From contig OZ024746.1 in assembly GCA_964016885.1 (NCBI GenBank), positions 50,406,001 to 50,470,000 of the forward strand: a stretch of DNA of 64,000 nucleotides, written 5' to 3'. Shown here piece by piece: positions 1-8,990 of this stretch. Made by a program: the position numbers and the translations under genes. This DNA is from Eledone cirrhosa. Lineage: Eukaryota. Each line of letters opens with the position of its first letter. Positions within the stretch are counted from its first letter, which is position 1. Under the pieces are notes generated by a model. The model had not been told where the DNA came from, searched no databases, and saw nothing but the letters and a program-made list of their open reading frames with translations.

Positions 1-328
1 GAAAAAAATCAATTTTAGAAATCACAAGTAAATATTTCTAAATGTATAAAAAATTGATTATTTTAGGTTTTTCACAAATTGATCATTTTACACAGTATTT
101 CGAAAAATTGTTTTTTTTCAGAAAAGTTTGATTTATTTTCGATTTCGAAAATTGATATATATTATGTATTTTTCAAAAATTTTTCAACGTGTCGAAACAC
201 GATGTATAAACGCATTATTTTGAAAAAAACATTTTTTCCAAATACTGTGTAAAATGATCAATTAGTGAAAAACCGAAAAAAATCACTTTTAGATACCAGA
301 AGTAAATATTTCGAAATGTATAAAAAAA

Positions 329-623
329 TTGCTTATTTTAGGTTTTTCACAAATTGATCATTTTACACAGTATTTCGAAAAATTGTTTTTTTTCAGAAAA
401 GATTGATTTTTTTCTTTCGAAATATATACTTTCTGATTTCAAAAATTGATATATATTTTGTATTTTTCAAAAATTTTTCAACGTGTCGAAACACAATGTA
501 TAAACGCATTTTTTTTAAAAAAAACATTTTTTCCAAATACTTTGTAAAATGATCGATTTGTGAAAAACCCCAAAAAATCAATTTTAGATATCAGAAGTAA
601 ATATTTCGAAATGTATAAAAAAA
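329..623. repeat. Example monomer, class C (longest common class, ~294-295 bp)
   Basis: Loop begins CAGAAAAGATTGATTTTTTTCTTTCGAAATATATACTTTCTGATTTC. Distance between arm-start TTG at 329 and 624 is 295 bp. Confidence 0.93.
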
Positions 624-861
624 TTGATTATTTTAGGTTTTTCACAAATTGATCATTTTACACAGTATTTCGAAAAATTGTTTTTTTTCAAAAAAGTTTG
701 ATATTTTTTCCATTTCGAAAATTGATATATATTTTGTATTTTTCAATAATTTTTCAACGTGTCGAAACACGATGTATAAACGCATTTTTTTGAAAAAAAA
801 CATTTTTTCTAAATACTGTGTAAAATGATCAATTTGTGAAAAACCGAAAAAAATCAATTTT
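620..861. repeat. Intramonomer long inverted repeat: left arm 620-695, right arm 786-861, loop 696-785
   Basis: The reverse complement of 786-861 aligns ungapped to 620-695 with 4 mismatches in 76 bp. GGTTTTTCACAAATTGATCATTTTACACAGTATTT (636-670) is the exact reverse complement of 811-845. Present in all full-length monomers, with variable right-arm divergence. Confidence 0.97.
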
Positions 862-898
862 AGAAATCAGAAGTAAATATTTCGAAATGTATAAAAAA
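624..898. repeat. Example monomer, class A (~275-276 bp); sub-class A' follows at 899-1173
   Basis: Class A loop consensus is CAAAAAAGTTTGATTTTTTTTCGATTTCG (this copy has two private substitutions). A' has CAGAAAAGTTTGATTTATTTTCGATTT. Spacing 624 to 899 to 1174 is 275 bp each. Confidence 0.93.
758..771. other. Small conserved stem-loop CGTGT-CGAA-ACACG in the monomer loop (example copy)
   Basis: 5-bp perfect stem (4 bp in the ACACA allele) with a CGAA loop. This is the GC-richest patch of the monomer and is present in nearly all full-length copies. Confidence 0.8.
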
Positions 899-1173
899 TT
901 GATTATTTTAGGTTTTTCACAAATTGATCATTTTACACAGTATTTCGAAAATTGTTTTTTTTCAGAAAAGTTTGATTTATTTTCGATTTAGAAAATTGAT
1001 ATATATTTTGTATTTTTCAAAAATTTTTCAACGTGTCGAAACACAATGTATAAACGCATTTTTTAAAAAAAAAACATTTTTTCTGAATATTGTGTAAAGT
1101 GATCGATTTGTGAAAAACCCAAAAAAATCAATTTTAGATATCAGAAGTAAATATTTCGAAATGTATAAAAAAA

Positions 1174-1437
1174 TTGATTATTTTAGGTTTTTCACAAATT
1201 GATCATTTTACACAGTATTTCGAAAAATTGTTTTTTTTCAAAAAAGTGATTTTTTTTCGATTTCGAAAATTGATATGTATTTTGTATTTTTCAAAAATTT
1301 TTCAACGTGTCGAAACACAATGTATAAACGCATTTTTAAAAAAAAAAACATTTTTTCTAAATATTGTGTAAAGGTGAAAAACCTAAAAAAATCAATTTTA
1401 GATATCAGAAGTAAATATTTCGAAATGTATAAAAAAA
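1174..1437. repeat. Example monomer, class B (264 bp), usually with a 10-bp deletion in the right arm
   Basis: Loop begins CAAAAAAGTGATTTTTTTTCGATTTCGAAAATTGATATGTATT. The right arm reads TGTGTAAAG-GTGAAAAACCT, lacking TGATCAATTT. Spacing 1174 to 1438 is 264 bp. Confidence 0.93.
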
Positions 1438-1956
1438 TTGATTATTTTAGGTTTTTCACAAATTGATCATTTTACACAGTATTTCGAAAAATTGTTTTTT
1501 TTCAAAAAAGTGTGATTTTTTTTCGATTTCGAAAATTGATATATATTTTGTATTTTTCAAAAATTTTTCAACGTGTCGAGATACGATGGATAAACGCATT
1601 TTTTTGAAAAAAAACATCTTTTCCAAATACTTTGTAAAATGATCAATTTGTGAAAAACCGAAAAAAGTCAATTTTAGAAATCAGAAGTAAATATTTCGAA
1701 ATGTATAAAAAAATTGATTATTTTAGGTTTTTCACAAATTGATCATTTTACACAGTATTTCGAAAAATTGTTTTTTTTCAAAAAAGTGATTTTTTTTCGA
1801 TTTCGAAAATTGATATGTATTTTGTATTTTTCAATAATTTTTCAACGTGTCGAAACACGATAAAAAACATTTTTTCTAAAAATGATCAATTTGTGAAAAA
1901 CCGAAAAAAATCAATTTTAGAAATCAGAAGTAAATATTTCGAAATGTATAAAAAAA

Positions 1957-4900
1957 TTGATTATTTTAGGTTTTTCACAAATTGATCATTTTACACAGTA
2001 TTTCGAAAAATTGTTTTTTTTCAGAAAAGATTGATTTTTTTCTTTCGAAATATATACTTTCTGATTTCAAAAATTGATATATATTTTGTATTTTTCTGTT
2101 TTTATTCAGAAAAGATTGAATTTATATCTTTCTGATTTCGAAAATTGATATATATTTTGTATTTTTCAAAAATTTTTCAACGTGTCGAAACACAATGTAT
2201 AAACGCATTTTTTTGAAAAAAAACATTTTTTCCAAATACTGTGTAAAATGATCAATTTGTGAAAAACCGAAAAAAATCAATTTTAGAAATCACAAGTAAA
2301 TATTTCTAAATGTATAAAAAATTGATTATTTTAGGTTTTTCACAAATTGATCATTTTACACAGTATTTCGAAAAATTGTTTTTTTTCAGAAAAGTTTGAT
2401 TTATTTTCGATTTCGAAAATTGATATATATTATGTATTTTTCAAAAATTTTTCAACGTGTCGAAACACGATGCATAAACGCATTATTTTGAAAAAAACAT
2501 TTTTTCCAAATACTGTGTAAAATGATCAATTAGTGAAAAACCGAAAAAAATCAATTTTAGATACCAGAAGTAAATATTTCGAAATGTATAAAAAAATTGA
2601 TTATTTTAGGTTTTTCACAAATTGATCATTTTACACAGTATTTCGAAAAATTGTTTTTTTTCAGAAAAGATTGATTTTTTTCTTTCGAAATATATACTTT
2701 CTGATTTCAAAAATTGATATATATTTTGTATTTTTCAAAAATTTTTCAACGTGTCGAAACACAATGTATATACGCATTTTTTAAAAAAAAAACATTTTTT
2801 CCAAATACTTTGTAAAATGATCGATTTGTGAAAAACCCCAAAAAATCAATTTTAGATATCAGAAGTAAATATTTCGAAATGTATAAAAAAATTGATTATT
2901 TTAGGTTTTTCACATATTGATCATTTTACACAGTATTTCGAAAAATTGTTTTTTTTCAAAAAAGTGATTTTTTTTCGATTTCGAAAATTGATATGTATTT
3001 TGTATTTTTCAAAAATTTTTCAACGTGTCGAAACACAACGTATAAACGCATTTTTTTAAAAAAAAACATTTTTTCTAAATATTGTGTAAAGGTGAAAAAC
3101 CTAAAAAAATCAATTATAGATATCAGAAGTAAATATTTCGAAATGTATAAAAAAATTGATTATTTTAGGTTTCTCACAAATTGATCATTTTACACAGTAT
3201 TTCGAAAAATTGTTTTTTTTCAAAAAAGTTTGATTTTTTTTCGATTTCGAAAATTGATATATATTTTGTATTTTTCAAAAATTTTTCAACGTGTCGAAAC
3301 AATGTAAAAACGCATATTTTTGAAGAAAAACATTTTTTCCAAATATTGTGTAAAGTGATCAATTTGTGAAAAACCTAAAAATATCAATTTTAGATACCAG
3401 AACTATATATTTCGAAATGTATAAAAAAATTGATTATTTTAGGTTTTTCACAAATTGATCATTTTACACAGTATTTCGAAAAATTGTTTTTTTTCAAAAA
3501 AGTGATTTTTTTTCGATTTCGAAAATTGATATGTATTTTGTATTTTTCAAAAATTTTTCAACGTGTCGAAGCACAACGTATAAACGCATTTTTTTAAAAA
3601 AAAACATTTTTTCTAAATATTGTGTAAAGGTGAAAAACCTAAAAAAATCAATTTTAGATATCAGAAGTAAATATTTCGAAATGTATAAAAAAATTGATTA
3701 TTTTAGGTTTTTCACAAATTGATCATTTTACACAGTATTTCGAAAAATTGTTTTTTTTCAAAAAAGTTTGATTTTTTTTCGATTTCGAAAATTGATATAT
3801 ATTTTGTATTTTTCAATAATTTTTCAACGTGTCGACACACGATGTATAAACGCATTTTTTTGAAAAAAAACATTTTTTCTAAATACTGTGTAAAATGATC
3901 AATTTGTGAAAAACCGAAAAAAATCAATTTAGAAATCAGAAGTAAATATTTCGAAATGTATAAAAGATTGATTATTTTAGGTTTTTCAGAAATTGATCAT
4001 TTTACACAGTATTTCGAAAAATTGTTTTTTTTCAGAAAAGTTTGATTTATTTTCGCTTTAGAAAATTGATATATATTTTGTATTTTTCAAAAATTTTTCA
4101 ACGTGTCGAAACACAATGTATAAACGCATTTTAAAAAAAAAAAACATTTTTTCTAAATATTGTGTAATGTGATCGATTTGTGAAAAACCCAAAAAAATCA
4201 ATTTTAGATATCAGAAGTAAATATTTCGATATGTATAAAAAAATTGATTATTTTAGGTTTTTCACAAATTGATCATTTTACACAGTATTTCGAAAAATTG
4301 TTTTTTTTCAAAAAAGTGATTTTTTTTCGATTTCGAAAATTGATATGTATTTTGTATTTTTCAAAAATTTTTCAACGTGTCGAAACACGATGAATAAACG
4401 CATTATTTTGAAAAAAAACATTTTTTCCAAATATTGTGTAAAGTGATCAATTTGTGAAAAACCTAAAAATATCAATTTTAGATACCAGAACTAAATATTT
4501 CGAAATGTATAAAAAAATTGATTATTTTAGGTTTTTCACAAATTGATCATTTTACAGAGTATTTCGAAAAATTGTTTTTTTTCAAAAAAGTGATTTTTTT
4601 TCGATTTCGAAAATTGATATGTATTTTGTATTTTTCAAAAATTTTTCAACGTGTCGAAACACAACGTATAAACGCATTTTTTAGAAAAAAAACATTTTTT
4701 CTAAATATTGTGTAAAGGTGAAAAACCTAAAAAAATCAATTTTAGATATCAGAAGTAAATATTTCGAAATGTATAAAAAAATTGATTATTTTAGGTTTTT
4801 CACAAATTGATCATTTTACACAGTATTTCGAAAAATTGTTTTTTTTCAAAAAAGTTTGATTTTTTTTCGATTTCGAAAATTGATATATATTTTGTATTTT

Positions 4901-7900
4901 TCAATAATTTTTCAACGTGTCGAAACACGATGTATAAACGCATTTTTTTGAAAAAAAACATTTTTTCTAAATACTGTGTAAAATGATCAATTTGTGAAAA
5001 ACCGAAAAAAATCAATTTTAGAAATCAGAAGTAAATATTTCGAAATGTATAAAAAATTGATTATTTTAGGTTTTTCACAAATTGATCATTTTACACAGTA
5101 TTTCGAAAAATTGTTTTTATTCAGAAAAGATTGAATTTTTATCTTTCTGATTTCGAAAATTGATATATATTTTGTATTTTTCAAAAATTTTTCAACGTGT
5201 CGAAACACAATGTATAAACGCATTTTTTTGAAAAAAAACATTTTTTCCAAATACTGTGTAAAATGATCAATTTGTGAAAAACCAAAAAAAATCAATTTTA
5301 GAAATCAGAAGTAAATATTTCGAAATGTATAAAAAATTGATTATTTTAGGTTTTTCACAAATTGATCATTTTACACAGTATTTCGAAAAATTGTTTTTTT
5401 TCAGAAAAGTTTGATTTATTTTCGATTTAGAAAATTGATATATATTTTGTATTTTTCAAAAATTTTTCAACGTGTCGAAACACAATGTATAAACGCATTT
5501 TTTTAAAAAAAAACATTTTTTCTAAATATTGTGTAAAGTGATCGATTTGTGAAAAACCCAAAAAAATCAATTTTAGATATCAGAAGTAAATATTTCGAAA
5601 TGTATAAAAAAATTGATTATTTTAGGTCTTTCACAAATTGATCATTTTACACAGTATTTCGAAAAATTGTTTTTTTTCAGAAAAGATTGATTTTTTTCTT
5701 TCGAAATATATAATTTCTGATTTCAAAAATTGATATATATTTTGTATTTTTCTGTTTTTATTCAGAAAAGATTGAATTTATATCTTTCTGATTTCGAAAA
5801 TTGATATATATTTTTTATTTTTCAAAAATTTTTCAACGTGTCGAAACACAATGTATAAACGCATTTTTTTGAAAAAAAACATTTTTTCCAAATACTGTGT
5901 AAAATGATCAATTTGTGAAAAACCGAAAAAAATCAATTTTAGAAATCACAAGTAAATATTTCTAAATGTATAAAAAATTGATTATTTTAGGTTTTTCACA
6001 AATTGATCATTTTACACAGTATTTCGAAAAATTGTTTTTTTTCAGAAAAGTTTGATTTATTTTCGATTTCGAAAATTGATATATATTATGTAATTTTCAA
6101 AAATTTTTCAACGTGTCGAAACACGATGCATAAACGCATTATTTTGAAAAAAACATTTTTTCCAAATACTGTGTAAAATGATCAATTAGTGAAAAACCGA
6201 AAAAAATCAATTTTAGATACCAGAAGTAAATATTTCGAAATGTATAAAAAAATTGATTATTTTAGGTTTTTCACAAATTGATCATTTTACACAGTATTTC
6301 GAAAAATTGTTTTTTTTCAGAAAAGATTGATTTTTTTCTTTCGAAATATATACTTTCTGATTTCAAAAATTGATATATATTTTGTATTTTTCAAAAATTT
6401 TTCAACGTGTCGAAACACAATGTATAAACGCATTTTTTTAAAAAAAAACATTTTTTCCAAATACTTTGTAAAATGATCGATTTGTGAAAAACCCCAAAAA
6501 GTCAATTTTAGATATCAGAAGTAAATATTTCGAAATATATAAAAAAATTGATTATTTTAGGTTTTTCACATATTGATCATTTTACACAGTATTTCGAAAA
6601 ATTGTTTTTTTTCAAAAAAGTGATTTTTTTTCGATTTCGAAAATTGATATGTATTTTGTATTTTTCAAAAATTTTTCAACGTGTCGAAACACAACGTATA
6701 AACGCATTTTTTTAAAAAAAAACATTTTTTCTAAATATTGTGTAAAGGTGAAAAACCTAAAAAAATCAATTATAGATATCAGAAGTAAATATTTCGAAAT
6801 GTATAAAAAAATTGATTATTTTAGGTTTCTCACAAATTGATCATTTTACACAGTATTTCGAAAAATTGTTTTTTTTCAAAAAAGTTTGATTTTTTTTCGA
6901 TTTCGAAAATTGATATATATTTTGTATTTTTCAAAAATTTTTCAACGTGTCGAAACAATGTAAAAACGCATATTTTTGAAAAAAAACATTTTTTCCAAAT
7001 ATTGTGTAAAGTGATCAATTTGTGAAAAACCTAAAAATATCAATTTTAGATACCAGAACTAAATATTTCGAAATGTATAAAAAAATTGATTATTTTAGGT
7101 TTTTCACAAATTGATCATTTTACACAGTATTTCGAAAAATTGTTTTTTTTCAAAAAAGTGATTTTTTTTCGATTTCGAAAATTGATATGTATTTTGTATT
7201 TTTCAAAAATTTTTCAACGTGTCGAAGCACAACGTATAAACGCATTTTTTAAAAAAAAAACATTTTTTCTAAATATTGTGTAAAGGTGAAAAACCTAAAA
7301 AAATCAATTTTAGATATCAGAAGTAAATATTTCGAAATGTATAAAAAAATTGATTATTTTAGGTTTTTCACAAATTGATCATTTTACACAGTATTTCGAA
7401 AAATTGTTTTTTTTCAAAAAAGTTTGATTTTTTTTCGATTTCGAAAATTGATATATATTTTGTATTTTTCAATAATTTTTCAACGTGTCGAAACACGATG
7501 TATAAACGCATTTTTTTGAAAAAAAACATTTTTTCTAAATACTGTGTAAAATGATCAATTTGTGAAAAACCGAAAAAAATCAATTTAGAAATCAGAAGTA
7601 AATATTTCGAAATGTATAAAAGATTGATTATTTTAGGTTTTTCATAAATTGATCATTTTACACAGTATTTCGAAAAATTGTTTTTTTTCAGAAAAGTTTG
7701 ATTTATTTTCGCTTTAGAAAATTGATATATATTTTGTATTTTTCAAAAATTTTTCAACGTGTCGAAACACAATGTATAAACGCATTTTAAAAAAAAAAAA
7801 CATTTTTTCTAAATATTGTGTAATGTGATCGATTTGTGAAAAACCCAAAAAAATCAATTTTAGATATCAGAAGTAAATATTTCGAAATGTATAAAAAAAT

Positions 7901-8990
7901 TGATTATTTTAGGTTTTTCACAAATTGATCATTTTACACAGTATTTCGAAAAATTGTTTTTTTTCAAAAAAGTGATTTTTTTTCGATTTCGAAAATTGAT
8001 ATGTATTTTGTATTTTTCAAAAATTTTTCAACGTGTCGAAACACAATGTATGAACGCATTTTTTAAAAAAAAAACATTTTTTCTAAATATTGTGTAAAGG
8101 TGAAAAACCTAAAAAAATCAATTTTAGAAATCAGAAGTAAATATTTCTAAATGTATAAAAAATTGATTATTTTAGGTTTTTCACAAATTGATCATTTTAC
8201 ACAGTATTTCGAAAAATTGTTTTTTTTCAAAAAAGTTTGATTTTTTTTCGATTTCGAAAATTGATATATATTTTGTATTTTTCAATAATTTTTCAACGTG
8301 TCGAAACACGATGTATAAACGCATTTTTTTGAAAAAAAACATTTTTTCTAAATACTGTGTAAAATGATCAATTTGTGAAAAACCGAAAAAAATCAATTTT
8401 AGAAATCAGAAGTAAATATTTCGAAATGTATAAAAAATTGATTATTTTAGGTTTTTCACAAATTGATCATTTTACACAGTATTTCGAAAAATTGTTTTTA
8501 TTCAGAAAAGATTGAATTTTTATCTTTCTGATTTCGAAAATTGATATATATTTTGTATTTTTCAAAAATTTTTCAACGTGTCGAAACACAATGTATAAAC
8601 GCATTTTTTTAAAAAAAAACATTTTTTCTAAATATTGTGTAAAGTCATCGATTTGTGAAAAACCCAAAAAAAATCAATTTTAGATATCAGAAGTAAATAT
8701 TTCGAAATGTATAAAAAAATTGATTATTTTAGGTCTTTCACAAATTGATCATTTTACACAGTATTTCGAAAAATTGTTTTTTTTCAAAAAAGTGATTTTT
8801 TTTCGATTTCGAAAATTGATATGTATTTTGTATTTTTCAAAAATTTTTCAACGTGTCGAAACACAATGTATGAACGCATTTTTTAAAAAAAAAACATTTT
8901 TTCTAAATATTGTGTAAAGGTGAAAAACCTAAAAAAATCAATTTTAGAAATCAGAAGTAAATATTTCTAAATGTATAAAAAATTGATTAT
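1957..8990. repeat. Higher-order tandem duplication, period 3656 bp (~13 monomers); second copy internally shortened, end approximate
   Basis: Rare markers repeat at +3656: C/D chimera TTTTTCTGTTTTTATTCAG (~2091/~5747), CACAAGT linker, CACATATTG and CAATTATAGA. ORF-track pairs 2993/6649, 3174/6830 and 3712/7368 are offset 3656, and 4800/8181 and 5086/8467 are offset 3381. Confidence 0.85.
5057..5336. repeat. Example monomer, class D (280 bp)
   Basis: Loop begins TTTATTCAGAAAAGATTGAATTTTTATCTTTCTGATTTCG. Spacing 5057 to 5337 is 280 bp. Confidence 0.92.

Noticed and set aside
604-611. TTTCGAAA as a heat-shock or STAT element
   Set aside because: HSE needs TTCnnGAA and STAT needs TTCnnnGAA spacing. 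Here TTC and GAA are adjacent, and there is no gene to regulate.
750-775. CENP-B box-like motif around TTCAACGTGTCGAAAC
   Set aside because: Neither strand matches the essential TTCG-N4-A-N2-CGGG pattern.
758-800. Rho-independent terminator (hairpin followed by a T-run)
   Set aside because: The stem is only 4-5 bp, the T-run starts about 13 nt downstream, and there is no upstream gene or bacterial context.
620-861. Annotation as an intact MITE insertion
   Set aside because: No target-site duplication or unique flank is visible and the units are tandem, so it is kept only as an origin hypothesis.
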